Positions 19,877-30,192 of a stretch of DNA of 64,000 nt are shown one piece after another; within the stretch, counting starts at the first letter, position 1; each line of letters starts with the position of its first letter. A program made the position numbers and the translations under genes. The DNA is from an uncultured delta proteobacterium. GTDB lineage: Bacteria; Desulfobacterota; Syntrophobacteria; BM002. The notes under the pieces are model-generated. The model was not told the origin of the DNA. It saw only the letters and a program-made list of their open reading frames with translations, and did no database searches. The stretch covers positions 1-64,000 of the forward strand of contig CAVQGX010000007.1 of NCBI GenBank assembly GCA_963712115.1, read 5' to 3'.

Positions 19877-20205
19877 TTTTTTTTCCTTGCAGGAGATTCA
19901 CCCTCGCCAGTCACCAGGCGTGACTGAATATCCCGAGAAGCGGCGAGGATTTCGCCGAAAATCTTCTTCACTGCACCCCAGGCCAGGGGACCTTGGTTCT
20001 GGCTTGCCAGCCTCCGAAATATTGCTTGTTCCCTGTTTAAGTCCATGGCATCCCTGCCCGCCTTGTTTTTGAGCGCAGCAATCTCCTCAACCAAGAGCAT
20101 GCGTTGGTTAAGCAACCGGAGAATTTGATTGTCCAAATCATCTATGTCCTGTCGCAATTGCTGTAGATCAGACCTATCTTTCTTGATCTCATTCATTTTT
20201 CCCAA
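19873..20205 (-). CDS. Stand-alone AroQ chorismate mutase
   Basis: LRQDIDDLDNQILRLLNQR...K...RE...SRDIQ; no prephenate dehydratase domain. Confidence 0.9.
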   Translation of the reverse strand: MGKMNEIKKDRSDLQQLRQDIDDLDNQILRLLNQRMLLVEEIAALKNKAGRDAMDLNREQAIFRRLASQNQGPLAWGAVKKIFGEILAASRDIQSRLVTGEGESPARKKN

Positions 20206-21185
20206 ATGGTCTCCTCTACTTTGTGACCAAAGTGGCGTCCGGCGGACTCCAGAGCAACGAGCACCTCGCTCCCCCTTTCCAAAGAAACCACAGAACGGGG
20301 CTCGCCATCCGGTGCAGTGAGCCGGATAGTTTCGGCATTCTGCACCAAGGTGGAGATTTCTCCTGCCTCGGTCTCTGCTGTAACCAGCAATAGGGGGCGC
20401 CGCTCTATTTTCATTCGACCTACTATAACTTCATAAGCGAGCCCTCGATGATCTACGCACAAAACTGGATCCCCAGCCATCAATTCTGAAAGGTAGCGGG
20501 TCTTACCTCCGGGTACCCTAATGTAGGCATGAACCGGACCTGCATTCACCCTAAAGGGGCGTGGAGCTACATAGGGATTTTCCACACTTTCAGCGTGGAT
20601 GAGAAAGAGCCCGCCACTACTATTGCCCACGAGCATACCCTGACCCTGATCCATTTGGGTGCAGGTATCCACACAGGCACGATCTCCTAAACCTGCCTGA
20701 CGCACGGTAATTATTCGCCCAGTGCTAAGCTGGATCTGCTCACCTTGCTCACGAACCACGGCAAGGGTTTTCTTTAGTTCTAAAGGATCAAGAGTCTCAA
20801 TCAATATTCCGGCAACCCCTCGTTCTAGAACAGAGAGAGCATTCCTGGCTTCCTCACTGTTGGTCACCACCGTGAAAATATTGTCCGCCTGAGCCACCAG
20901 ATTCTCAAGGGGTATTATCGTCCAGTCCGTAGTGCGCACCACTACCGTAGCACTATGGGCCAGCTTGAGGATCTCCTTTTCATCATCCTGGTTCTTGACT
21001 TCATAGAATACAACTTCTTGGTCGAGCTTTAGATCGCCATCAGGGGCAATGGTGGCTATCCGTCCCAGTTCTTTTACTTTCTGATGGTATCCCTCCGGAA
21101 CCATGACGGCTGCAGCTCCTCCCTCAAGAGCAGTTGTCACCAGCGACTTGTTCCAGGGATCCACCTTTACCCAAGCTACTTTCAT
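20193..21185 (-). CDS. aroB': 3-dehydroquinate synthase II (archaeal-type AroB')
   Basis: [43 protein letters not shown]. Confidence 0.93.
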   Translation of the reverse strand: MKVAWVKVDPWNKSLVTTALEGGAAAVMVPEGYHQKVKELGRIATIAPDGDLKLDQEVVFYEVKNQDDEKEILKLAHSATVVVRTTDWTIIPLENLVAQADNIFTVVTNSEEARNALSVLERGVAGILIETLDPLELKKTLAVVREQGEQIQLSTGRIITVRQAGLGDRACVDTCTQMDQGQGMLVGNSSGGLFLIHAESVENPYVAPRPFRVNAGPVHAYIRVPGGKTRYLSELMAGDPVLCVDHRGLAYEVIVGRMKIERRPLLLVTAETEAGEISTLVQNAETIRLTAPDGEPRSVVSLERGSEVLVALESAGRHFGHKVEETIWEK

Positions 21186-22018
21186 CCCGTTAATTTTCTC
21201 CTCTCAGATTCCAAAAGATCACTTTTGAGAAAAGCCAAGGCTTCTTCCACCGTGGCATTCTCATGAACTATCATGCTAATCGCCCCCACCATCCTTGTGG
21301 GGTCAGCATGCTGAAATATGTTCCGACCTATAGAAACGCCTTTGCCGCCGGCATCCATAGCCCCCCTCACAACTTGAAGGATCTCTTTGTCCGACTCCAT
21401 TTTTTCACCACCGGCGATGACCACCGGAACCGGACACCCAAGTACCACTTCCCGGAAGGATTCCACACTGCCGCTGTAAGATATCTTGACCAGGTCAGCA
21501 CCAAGCTCTGCTCCGAGCCGAGCAGCATGCTTCAGCACTTTAGGGTCGTACTCATTGTCTATCTTCTCACCACGAGGATAGATCATTGCCAATAGAGGCA
21601 TTCCCCATTCCCGGGCCCGGCGAGAAACCATGCCAAAATCACTTAGCATCTGTCGTTCCATTTCATCGCCAATGTTCACATGTATGGATACCGCATCGGC
21701 ACCCAAGCACAGAGCCTCTTCAACCGTGCAAATCATGGTCTTGGTGTTGGGATAGGGGGAAAGGGAAGTACTGGCAGACAGATGAATGATTAGGCCAACG
21801 TCTTTGCCACTCCGGCGATGACCTGCACCGACCATTCCCTTATGTTCCACAATGGCATTTGCTCCGCCCCTGACAACGTTATCAATTGCATCTCTCAAAT
21901 CTATGATGCCAGCGATCGGACCAGAGCTAACCCCGTGATCCATGGGGACAATGACAGTTTTGCTGGTATTCCGGTCAATTATCCGTTCCATCCTAATGTG
22001 TTTACCTATCATGTGCAA
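21182..22018 (-). CDS. aroA': 2-amino-3,7-dideoxy-D-threo-hept-6-ulosonate synthase (AroA', DhnA-type aldolase)
   Basis: [30 protein letters not shown]; directly upstream of DHQS II. Confidence 0.9.
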   Translation of the reverse strand: MHMIGKHIRMERIIDRNTSKTVIVPMDHGVSSGPIAGIIDLRDAIDNVVRGGANAIVEHKGMVGAGHRRSGKDVGLIIHLSASTSLSPYPNTKTMICTVEEALCLGADAVSIHVNIGDEMERQMLSDFGMVSRRAREWGMPLLAMIYPRGEKIDNEYDPKVLKHAARLGAELGADLVKISYSGSVESFREVVLGCPVPVVIAGGEKMESDKEILQVVRGAMDAGGKGVSIGRNIFQHADPTRMVGAISMIVHENATVEEALAFLKSDLLESERRKLTG

Positions 22019-22147
22019 CTCCTTTTGCTAGTAAGGGTAAACGTGCCAATAAGGTGCGTTGAAAATCCATGAGCCTATTAATTTAATAAAAAGGTAATCC
22101 TCCACATTTAAGGTATACATTCAAAAAACGGACCATTTCTCCCCCAA

Positions 22148-22182
22148 ATAAAAAAGCCGCGGCTCGGGACTGCCGCGGCTTT
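22148..22182 (-). terminator. Attenuator terminator of the aro leader
   Basis: Minus strand AAAGCCGCGGC-AGTCCCGA-GCCGCGGCTTTTTTATT. Confidence 0.85.
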
Positions 22183-22207
22183 CGGAACATACTCAGCAAC
22201 TATCGGG

Positions 22208-22288
22208 TCAGCATGCGCGCACAGCTCCCTCTATCGCCACCATGGCGTAATAATAATAGCAAAAAAATGGGGAGGGCCGTCGCTTCAT
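22208..22288 (-). CDS. Phe/Tyr-rich leader peptide MKRRPSPFFCYYYYAMVAIEGAVRAC
   Basis: 26 codons; AAGGGA RBS; FF and YYYY run; terminator follows; upstream of aroA'. Confidence 0.82.
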   Translation of the reverse strand: MKRRPSPFFCYYYYAMVAIEGAVRAC

Positions 22289-22535
22289 TTTTCCCTTTCA
22301 GCTATGTTTGTGGCTGAGTTCAGCAAGTTAGACTATACAGCCAGAAAAGTCAAGTTCCTTTTCACAGTGGTTCTTGACATTTTCCCATCCGTCATGAGAA
22401 GTTATCATACCTAGCCCGGATACTTCATGAATGGCCCATTCCGCCCGCTGGCTTTGACGTTCTAGGCTTACCTCCAGCCAAGGCATGAAGCTTGCATTCC
22501 ATTTCCAGCCGGTACATTGGAAGAGGAGACCTACA

Positions 22536-23009
22536 ATGAGTGAGGACATTGTAAAAAGAGTGATAGCGAGAGTTGAAGAAATGTCCCGAGCTGGTGAGGT
22601 GTTCGAGGACAGAGACTTAGAGGAATTCGCCGTTACCATTCAACATCTTCTGAGAGAACGGACCCGCAGAGAGGAAATTCTTGCCATCGCCGCCGCCACT
22701 CTAGCCTTAGACGAACACAAAAAAAGTCTTGAGAATAAAGTTGAGTATGCCAAGGTTGGTGGCCTCAAAGAAAGGGAGGCAACACTGCTGGAGATCTTGG
22801 ACCAGATTGACAAAGAACTAGAGATGGCCGTGACCATGAAGATCCACGAATACACCTACCAAAAAAATATCGCTGATGAGCTCAAAACGGCCATATTGGA
22901 GCATCTTGCGCCCACTATGGGGCGAGGAAAATGGCATGCCCGTGAACAGGAAGCTTTAATGCAAATTGTATCCAAAGCCCTGGAAGGGTACATGGTGGTT
23001 AAAGCCTAG
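22536..23009 (+). CDS. Hypothetical helical protein
   Basis: GAGGAG RBS before ATG 22536; helical/coiled-coil composition. Confidence 0.7.
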   Translation: MSEDIVKRVIARVEEMSRAGEVFEDRDLEEFAVTIQHLLRERTRREEILAIAAATLALDEHKKSLENKVEYAKVGGLKEREATLLEILDQIDKELEMAVTMKIHEYTYQKNIADELKTAILEHLAPTMGRGKWHAREQEALMQIVSKALEGYMVVKA

Positions 23010-23055
23010 ATGACCGCAGGATTAGCAGGTGTACCTGAGTACCTCTTTGCTCTTT

Positions 23056-23817
23056 TCATTTCAGTCCACGAAAAAAGCCACCCACCGCTTGGATCCCCTG
23101 GGCATTGAGTATTCTCAAGGCCTGGCTTCCCACTACGGCAACTTCTGCTTTACCCCGGAGAAACTCGACGTCCTCTTTCGAGCTTACCCCAAAGCCGAGA
23201 GCCAGTGGCAGCTGAGTTGCTCTTCTACATTGGTTTAGAAAATCAGTCATTTCATTAGAAAAATCAGTATCCGAGCCGGTTACCCCTTTTCGAGCAACAC
23301 AGTAAAAAAACCCCCGGCCGAAACGGGCCAAGTGATTGATCCTTTCGGGGGAGGAAGTAGGTGCAAGAATAAATATCGGATCTATGTTGTTTGCCGCGGC
23401 AGCAGCTATATACGACTCCCCCTCCTCAGGCGGCAAGTCGGGGACAATTGTACCACGAATACCCGCCTCTCTGGCCTCAGCAAGAAAACGTTCTTCTCCT
23501 CTTTTGAAAAGAATATTGTAGTAAGTCATGAACAGGAAAGGTATGTCGAAGGCAGAGGTAACCTTTTGGGCGAATCTAAAGCAATCATCCACCTTAATGG
23601 AATCTGCGATGGCAGCCTGATTCGCCTGTAGGATCACCGGGCCATCGGCAATCGGCTCTGAGAAGGGAATCTGCAGCTCCATCAGATCTACACCCGCTTC
23701 AACTATTGTTCGCACCAACTCAAAGCTGTCCTCAATGCTAGGATAGCCCACCACTATGTGGGCCATGAGCAGAATATCTTTTTCCCTCAGCCTCTTCCGA
23801 ATGTAGTCCTCAAGCAC
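23056..23817 (-). CDS. trpA: Tryptophan synthase alpha chain
   Basis: ELQIPFSEPIADGPVI, MTYYN, GVTG, GFGV. Confidence 0.95.
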   Translation of the reverse strand: MLEDYIRKRLREKDILLMAHIVVGYPSIEDSFELVRTIVEAGVDLMELQIPFSEPIADGPVILQANQAAIADSIKVDDCFRFAQKVTSAFDIPFLFMTYYNILFKRGEERFLAEAREAGIRGTIVPDLPPEEGESYIAAAAANNIDPIFILAPTSSPERINHLARFGRGFFYCVARKGVTGSDTDFSNEMTDFLNQCRRATQLPLALGFGVSSKEDVEFLRGKAEVAVVGSQALRILNAQGIQAVGGFFRGLK

Positions 23818-25045
23818 GATATTCCTCCGCTTTCGTCATAATAAAAGATTTCCACCCTACGTCTCCAAGAGCGTCAGCGATGGTAAAAATATCTTTGTCC
23901 CCTCTTCCTGAGAGATTTACTATGATCACATGGTCTCGACTCATCTCCCCTGCTTCCCTAAATGCACCGGCCAGAGCATGAGCTGACTCCAGCGCCGGAA
24001 TTATGCCCTCATTTCTCATTACCAGCCTGGTCGCCTCGATCACTTCTTTGTCGGTTGCGGCCTCAAAGCGAATCCTACCTTCTTCATGATAGGCAGAAAG
24101 GATGGGTGACACCCCGATGTAATCCAGTCCTGCCGCCACACTGTGAGTTTCCAGCATTTGGCCGTCATCGTCCTGGAGAAAGTAGGTCTTGTAACCCTGG
24201 GCCACGCCCACGCTGCCGCGGCCTGAGGCCAAGCGGGTTGCGTGCTTGTCGCTTTCCAACCCCTCACCTCCAGCTTCGACACCTACAAGTTCCACCTCCG
24301 AGTTGTCAATAAAACCGTTGAATATCCCCAAGGCATTGGAACCCCCGCCCACGCAGGCATACACCCTACTTGGCGACCGCCCTGCCTGCTCGATTATCTG
24401 GTCTCGCACCTCCAACCCCACGATGGATTGAAAATAGGACACCATCTCCGGGAATGGATGAGGCCCACATGCTGTACCCAGAACATAGTGGGTGGTATCC
24501 ATGTTTGCGGACCAATCGCGCAGGGCTTCATTTATAGCGTCCTTCAATATCCTGGCTCCGTCCTTCACTGGAACTACTTTGGCCCCCAGCTGTTCCATCC
24601 AAAAAACATTTGGCCGCTGGCGTGCCACGTCCACCTCACCCATGTAGATAGTGCAGGAGTAACCGAATTTGGCTGCCATAGTTGCTGTCGCTACCCCGTG
24701 TTGGCCCGCCCCGGTCTCCGCAATCACTCGGCTTTTTCCCATTCTACCTACTAACAGTCCCTGCCCTATGACGTTATTCAGCTTATGGGCGCCGGTGTGA
24801 TTGAGATCCTCCCGCTTCAGGTAGATCTGGGGGCCACCCAAATGGCGGCTCAGATTCTCCGCATAAGTTAGGGGGGTGGGTCGACACGAATAGGTTGACA
24901 TGAGGCTCTGATAGGTTGACCAGAAATCGGGGTCATTTTTTGCACCCTTAAAGGCAACTCGCAGTTGTTCGAGGGTGGTGCTGAGAATTTCCGGAATGAA
25001 TGCACCGCCAAAACGTCCATAGTAGCCTGGCTTATCCATAATCAC
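23810..25045 (-). CDS. trpB: Tryptophan synthase beta chain
   Basis: KREDLNHTGAHKLNN, AETGAGQHGVA, GGGSNA, NLSGRGDKD. Confidence 0.96.
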   Translation of the reverse strand: MIMDKPGYYGRFGGAFIPEILSTTLEQLRVAFKGAKNDPDFWSTYQSLMSTYSCRPTPLTYAENLSRHLGGPQIYLKREDLNHTGAHKLNNVIGQGLLVGRMGKSRVIAETGAGQHGVATATMAAKFGYSCTIYMGEVDVARQRPNVFWMEQLGAKVVPVKDGARILKDAINEALRDWSANMDTTHYVLGTACGPHPFPEMVSYFQSIVGLEVRDQIIEQAGRSPSRVYACVGGGSNALGIFNGFIDNSEVELVGVEAGGEGLESDKHATRLASGRGSVGVAQGYKTYFLQDDDGQMLETHSVAAGLDYIGVSPILSAYHEEGRIRFEAATDKEVIEATRLVMRNEGIIPALESAHALAGAFREAGEMSRDHVIIVNLSGRGDKDIFTIADALGDVGWKSFIMTKAEEYRA

Positions 25046-25049
25046 TCCT

Positions 25050-25676
25050 CTATATGTTCGCGGCTTTACGTGCTTCTGCTATAAACTGAGTTACTTTCTC
25101 ATGATCCTTAACCCCAGGACTCTGCTCCAAACCGCTGCTGGCATCCACGCCGTATGGTTTGACTATGCTGATGGCAGCGGCTACATTTTCCTGATTTAGG
25201 CCCCCTGCCAGAATGATCCGCCCATATTTCCCGGCCTCTAAAGCCCATTGCCAATTAAAGGTCATTCCGGTGCCACCCAGCTTGTCCGGCAGGTAAGTGT
25301 CCAGCAGCAGGGCCTGAACAACACCATCATATTCTGCCAGACTTTTGAGGTCCTGGCGGTTTCTCAACCGTATCGCCTTTATCACCCTCTGATTGAAGCT
25401 GTCACAGTAGTCAGCAGACTCACTGCCATGGAACTGGAGAATATCCAAACCACACATCTCAGCCACTGAGGATACTTCCCCGAGGTCTTCATCAACAAAA
25501 ACTCCCACCGTTTGAACCAGGGGTGGCAGAGCTTTTATTATCTGTCGAGCCTTCTCGGGTGAGATGCGCCTTGGACTCGGGGCAAAAACGAAGCCAAGGG
25601 CGTCAGCGCCAAGTCGAGCTGCCGCCAAACCGTCTTCCTCGTTAGTTATACCGCAGATCTTTATCCACACGGTCAT
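25050..25676 (-). CDS. trpF: Phosphoribosylanthranilate isomerase
   Basis: KICGIT, QFHGSE, GGTG, LAGGL, GVDASSG. Confidence 0.95.
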   Translation of the reverse strand: MTVWIKICGITNEEDGLAAARLGADALGFVFAPSPRRISPEKARQIIKALPPLVQTVGVFVDEDLGEVSSVAEMCGLDILQFHGSESADYCDSFNQRVIKAIRLRNRQDLKSLAEYDGVVQALLLDTYLPDKLGGTGMTFNWQWALEAGKYGRIILAGGLNQENVAAAISIVKPYGVDASSGLEQSPGVKDHEKVTQFIAEARKAANI

Positions 25677-25703
25677 ATAATTTACTCGCTCTTCTTATCC
25701 AAC

Positions 25704-26486
25704 CTAAGAACTCCTCCCCAATAGTTCTCTCAGCTTTGCTTCCGGGTCTTCGGCTCGCATAAGACTTGTCCCCACAAGTACTGCGTCAACGCCTGCTGAC
25801 GCCAGAGACTGCAAATCACTCCTTGTCCGAATGCCGCTCTCACTTACAACTAAGCGATCTGAAGGAATGCGGGAACGCAGCCTGAGGGTAGTACCAAGGG
25901 ATACCTCAAAGGTCCGCAGATCTCGGTTGTTGATCCCGATGAGACGGGCCTCCGTGTCCAGCACCCGAGACAATTCCTCTTCGTCATGGACCTCAACCAG
26001 GCAAGCCATAGCCAACTGACTCGCCATGGCTAGCAGTTCCTTCAGAATACTTTGCTGTAGAATTGCCGCAATTAATAGCAGTCCGTCGGCCCCAGCAGCA
26101 CGGGCAGTGAAAATCTGTATGGGATCTATGATGAAATCTTTACAAAGAATCGGCAAAGAAACCGCCCCCCTCGCCTCCTCCAGGTATGCCAAGCGGCCCT
26201 CAAAGAAGTCTTCTTCTGTTATCACCGATATAGCAGCAGCCCCCGCCCTTTCATAACTGGTGGCAATTTTACTTACCTCAAGATCGGAACGAATTTGTCC
26301 AGCGGATGGGGAAGCTTTTTTGATCTCGGCTATTACTGCCGGCTTTTCACCATACTTCAGGGCAGCAAAAAAGTCTCGCGGCTCTGGGGCCGAAACCACA
26401 GCCTGTTCCAATTCTTTCTGGACTGACCTCTTCTTAAGCTCAGCCAAGCGTTCTTTCTTGCGTGCGACAATGTCGTCCAGAATCAT
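25704..26486 (-). CDS. trpC: Indole-3-glycerol-phosphate synthase
   Basis: IAEIKKASPS, KDFI, EVH, GINNRDL, SESGI; likely start ATG 26486. Confidence 0.95.
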   Translation of the reverse strand: MILDDIVARKKERLAELKKRSVQKELEQAVVSAPEPRDFFAALKYGEKPAVIAEIKKASPSAGQIRSDLEVSKIATSYERAGAAAISVITEEDFFEGRLAYLEEARGAVSLPILCKDFIIDPIQIFTARAAGADGLLLIAAILQQSILKELLAMASQLAMACLVEVHDEEELSRVLDTEARLIGINNRDLRTFEVSLGTTLRLRSRIPSDRLVVSESGIRTRSDLQSLASAGVDAVLVGTSLMRAEDPEAKLRELLGRSS

Positions 26487-26526
26487 AACAATCCATCCAC
26501 TTGCTAGACCATCAAAGGAACCGATC

Positions 26527-26669
26527 ACGGCGCAGAGTGCGCAGCATATAGCTCTGAAGTTAAGTAGTCAGGAGCCAGAAGTCAGAATTCAGGAGAACCA
26601 CGCATGCCACATTTGGCATCCAAAATCTTTTACCCTATGCTCCATGCCCTAGGCTCTATGCTCTATGCC
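26527..26669. repeat. Heptamer palindromic repeats inside the trp operon
   Basis: GTCAGGA/GCCAGAA units and CTATGCT/CCATGCC units; same units at 2590-2812 and 44187-44350. Confidence 0.7.
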
Positions 26670-27722
26670 TTATCGGTTGGTTATCTCTTTGAGCGCTTCC
26701 AGCTTTTTCATGGCCGCTCCCGAGTCGATGGCCTCCGCGGCCTGCTTAATACCTTCGTTGAAATCTCCGGCCCGCCCGGCAGCAACCAAGGCAGCAGCAG
26801 CATTGAGCAACACAATATCTCTTCGAGCTCCCGGTTCACCCTGGAGCACTCTTAGAACTATCTGGGCATTTTCATCAGCGTTGCCCCCTTTGATCTCATC
26901 AATAGACGCACGGGGCAGACCAAAATCTTCGGGTTCAATGGTGTACGTTGACACTTGACCATTTTTCAGCTCGCTGACAAAGGTGCGGCCAGTAATGCTG
27001 ATTTCATCGAGACTATCCTCGCCGTGCACCACAAAGGCACTCCGGGAGCCCAGCCTGTTCAAGACCTCGGCAAGAACCGGTGTGAGCTTTTTATCGTAGA
27101 CACCTAATATTTGGACATTGGCTCCTGCCGGATTTGTAAGAGGCCCGAGGATGTTAAAGATACTTCTAATGCCGATCTCTTTTCTGGGTCCAATGGCGTA
27201 CTTCATTGCCCCGTGCAGTGCTGGTGCAAAGAGAAAGCCGATACCCACCCTACTGAGACACTCCTCCACCACTGCGGGGGACACATCCAAGTTCACCCCC
27301 AGATTCTCAATGACATCGGCGCTACCGCAAAGGCTCGATACCGAGCGATTTCCGTGCTTGGCCACCCGCAAGCCACAGCCTGCCACAACAAAGGCGGCAG
27401 TGGTGGAAACATTAAAAGTGTTGGTGCCGTCACCCCCCGTCCCGCAGGTATCGACGATGGTCTCCAAATCCAGGTTGATGTCGTCCCGGTCCATGCTCAC
27501 CATGGAATTATCCACAGCGATCCTAGTAGCTTTTCGTCGCATAACCCGGGCGGCTCCGGCAATTTCCTCGATGGTCTCACCTTTGAGCCTGAGGGCGGTG
27601 ATGAAGGCGCCGATTTGGGCTGGCGTTGCCTCGCCGCTCATGATCACATCCATAGCAGCTTCCATTTCTTCTTCGCCCAGATCCTTGCCATCTACCACTT
27701 TCTGGATGGCCATCTTAAGCAT
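26670..27722 (-). CDS. trpD: Anthranilate phosphoribosyltransferase
   Basis: [29 protein letters not shown]. Confidence 0.96.
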   Translation of the reverse strand: MLKMAIQKVVDGKDLGEEEMEAAMDVIMSGEATPAQIGAFITALRLKGETIEEIAGAARVMRRKATRIAVDNSMVSMDRDDINLDLETIVDTCGTGGDGTNTFNVSTTAAFVVAGCGLRVAKHGNRSVSSLCGSADVIENLGVNLDVSPAVVEECLSRVGIGFLFAPALHGAMKYAIGPRKEIGIRSIFNILGPLTNPAGANVQILGVYDKKLTPVLAEVLNRLGSRSAFVVHGEDSLDEISITGRTFVSELKNGQVSTYTIEPEDFGLPRASIDEIKGGNADENAQIVLRVLQGEPGARRDIVLLNAAAALVAAGRAGDFNEGIKQAAEAIDSGAAMKKLEALKEITNR

Positions 27723-27755
27723 GATCTCCTCCTTTGGTGATCCTCTGGAAGTCTA

Positions 27756-27910
27756 AACCACGGAGAGCACAGAGCCCACAGAGGGTTGGGATTTCTGATT
27801 GTTGATCTTAGATTGCAGATTGAGAAATCTTCCCTTTCTAGGTAAATCACTCTGCAATCTACAATCTAAAATCTAAAATGTCCTCTGTGTTCTCAGTGGT
27901 CTCTGTGGTT
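27756..27910. repeat. Composite element: 9-mer outer arms enclosing 7-mer inner arms
   Basis: CCACGGAGA-GCACAGAGC-CCACAGAGG ... CTCTGTGTT-CTCAGTGGT-CTCTGTGGTT around GATTNNA / CAATCTA heptamers. Confidence 0.85.
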
Positions 27911-27942
27911 AAACCCCATCTACCTTTGCCAGCTGTAAAAAT

Positions 27943-28506
27943 TCAAAGGGTCAGGAAGTTCTTCAGAATTCGCATACCCTCACTGGTTAAAATCGATTCT
28001 GGGTGAAATTGAATTCCCTCCACCGGATATTCCCGGTGCCGTAACCCCATAATTTCACCGTCCTCGGACTCAGCTGAAATCTCCAAACAAGCAGGCAAAC
28101 TCTCACGTTCGACAGCCAGTGAATGATAGCGGGTAGCAGTGAAAGGGTCGGGCAAATCATGAAAAATTGTTTTGCCGTCATGGGAGATTTCTGAAGTTTT
28201 CCCATGCATGAGTTGGGCGGCGTGCACCACTCGGCCTCCAAGGGATGCCCCAATGGCCTGGTGTCCTAAACAGACTCCGAGGATGGGCACCTTTCGATGA
28301 AACCGCTCGATTATCGGTATTGTTATTCCCGCCGACTGAGGAGTGCCTGGGCCAGGTGAGATCACAATTCGCTCTGGTCTCATCTTTTCAATGTCATCCA
28401 GGGTGATTTTATCGTTCCGCTTTACTAGAACTTCAGACCCCAACACCCCCAGGTACTGGACCAGGTTGTAAGTGAATGAGTCGTAGTTATCAATCATGAG
28501 TATCAC
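27943..28506 (-). CDS. trpG: Anthranilate synthase component II
   Basis: [34 protein letters not shown]. Confidence 0.95.
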   Translation of the reverse strand: MILMIDNYDSFTYNLVQYLGVLGSEVLVKRNDKITLDDIEKMRPERIVISPGPGTPQSAGITIPIIERFHRKVPILGVCLGHQAIGASLGGRVVHAAQLMHGKTSEISHDGKTIFHDLPDPFTATRYHSLAVERESLPACLEISAESEDGEIMGLRHREYPVEGIQFHPESILTSEGMRILKNFLTL

Positions 28507-28527
28507 CTGGAAGTCCTCCTTAAGTCA

Positions 28528-28625
28528 TTGCAGATATTAGATTTTAGATTTAAGATTGCAGATTAAATAATCTTAAAATTTGCCCAATCATATCTGCCTC
28601 AATCCGAAATCCGCAATCCGAAATC
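28528..28625. repeat. Heptamer palindromic element
   Basis: GATTTTA-GATTTAA-GATTGCA ... AATCCGA-AATCCGC-AATCCGA. Confidence 0.75.
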
Positions 28626-28629
28626 ATCA

Positions 28630-30120
28630 TCACACTAAGCCATTGTTGGCCATCTCCAAAGCTCTAACCAGTGCTTCACCTTTGGCCACCGTCTCTTCAT
28701 ATTCAGACTGGGGAACTGAGTCGGCCACAATTCCTGCGCCCACCTGAAGGTAAACCTTACCGTTGCGCACCAGCATTGTTCGAATGGTGATGCAAAAGTC
28801 CATATTACCGGAGAATGAAAAATATCCCACTGCCCCGGCGTACAGTCCACGGCGGCTGGGCTCTAGTTCATCAATTATTTCCATTGCCCGAACCTTGGGA
28901 GCACCAGAAACGGTACCAGCTGGAAAAGAGGCGCGAAGGACATCAAACATATCTAGCCCAGGCGCTAAATCCCCTTCCACATGAGAGACCAAGTGCATTA
29001 CATGGGAGTAGTACTCCACCACCATCAGGTCGGTCACCTCCACTGTGCCAACAGTCGCCACTCGGCCAACATCGTTGCGGCCCAGATCCACAAGCATCAC
29101 ATGTTCAGCCCGTTCCTTTGGGTCAGCTAGCAATTCTTCCTCCAGCCGGCGATCCTCACTACTATTTTTTCCCCTGGGTCGAGTCCCGGCGATGGGTCGC
29201 AGAGCCACTCTTCCGTTTTCCAACCGCACCAAGACCTCGGGTGAGGCACCGATAACTACATCTCCGTCAAAATCAAGGTAATACATATAAGGCGATGGAT
29301 TTATCCGCCTAAGGGCCCGATAGATGTCAAATGGTTCAGAAATGAGATCAGTTTCAAAACGCTGACTGAGTACCACCTGTATAGCCTCGCCGTCTTGAAT
29401 GTATTGTTTTGCCCTCTTGACCATTCCCTCGAACCGATCCCGCTCCATGTTCACTCGCAGCACCAGCTCCTGCTTGGACTTTCCTATCGGCTTTGAAGGG
29501 GGCACAGGCTCCCTAAGTAATCTTAGAGTCTCATCTATTTGAGCGACGGCCTGATCATAAGCGGCAGCATGGTTGACGTATTCGGGCACATAGATGTTTG
29601 CCACCACCTTGATGGTTTGCGTCAAGTTGTCGTAGATCATTACTTGCTCAGGCATCATGAAGGCCGCATCCGGCATGCCAACCTCATCTGGTTTAAAGGT
29701 GGGCAGGTGTTCAATGAAACGAACGATGTCATAGCTCAAGTAACCAACCAGGCCACCAAAAAACCTGGGCAGACCCTCCACGGGTACAGCCCGGAAGGTT
29801 TGCATAAGATTCTTCAGGTAGTTGAGGGGCGATGCTTTGAATTTTCCGCATTGCTCGCCATTTCGAGTTAGTTCAATGTGATCACCACGAGCCTTGACCA
29901 ACAGCCTGGGGCGATGACCAATGAAGCTGTAGCGACCCCAGCGTTCTCCTCCCTCTACACTTTCCAACAAGAATGATTCCGACCCTTTGGCAACCTTTTT
30001 AAATAGACTTATAGGCGTATCAGTGTCTGCGGTGACTTCTCGGAAAACAGGAATGATATTGCCTTGCCGAGCCAAACTGAGGAATTCGTCCTTACTCGGG
30101 TGGTACACGGTAACCTCCAT
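28630..30120 (-). CDS. trpE: Anthranilate synthase component I
   Basis: LLESVEGGERWGRYSF, NPSPYM, AEHVMLVDLGRND, FPAGTVSGAPK. Confidence 0.96.
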   Translation of the reverse strand: MEVTVYHPSKDEFLSLARQGNIIPVFREVTADTDTPISLFKKVAKGSESFLLESVEGGERWGRYSFIGHRPRLLVKARGDHIELTRNGEQCGKFKASPLNYLKNLMQTFRAVPVEGLPRFFGGLVGYLSYDIVRFIEHLPTFKPDEVGMPDAAFMMPEQVMIYDNLTQTIKVVANIYVPEYVNHAAAYDQAVAQIDETLRLLREPVPPSKPIGKSKQELVLRVNMERDRFEGMVKRAKQYIQDGEAIQVVLSQRFETDLISEPFDIYRALRRINPSPYMYYLDFDGDVVIGASPEVLVRLENGRVALRPIAGTRPRGKNSSEDRRLEEELLADPKERAEHVMLVDLGRNDVGRVATVGTVEVTDLMVVEYYSHVMHLVSHVEGDLAPGLDMFDVLRASFPAGTVSGAPKVRAMEIIDELEPSRRGLYAGAVGYFSFSGNMDFCITIRTMLVRNGKVYLQVGAGIVADSVPQSEYEETVAKGEALVRALEMANNGLV

Positions 30121-30145
30121 TTAATCTTCAGCTTAGAGTCAACAG

Positions 30146-30182
30146 AAAAAAGGCCGTGAGGATTTTCAGCTCCCACGGCCTT
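30146..30182 (-). terminator. Second terminator of the trp leader
   Basis: Minus strand AAGGCCGTG-loop-CACGGCCTTTTTT. Confidence 0.8.
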
Positions 30183-30192
30183 CAATAAAAAG

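Noticed and set aside
22328-22639. 103-aa minus-strand ORF upstream of the aro leader
   Set aside because: Overlaps the better-supported plus-strand gene and the promoter region.
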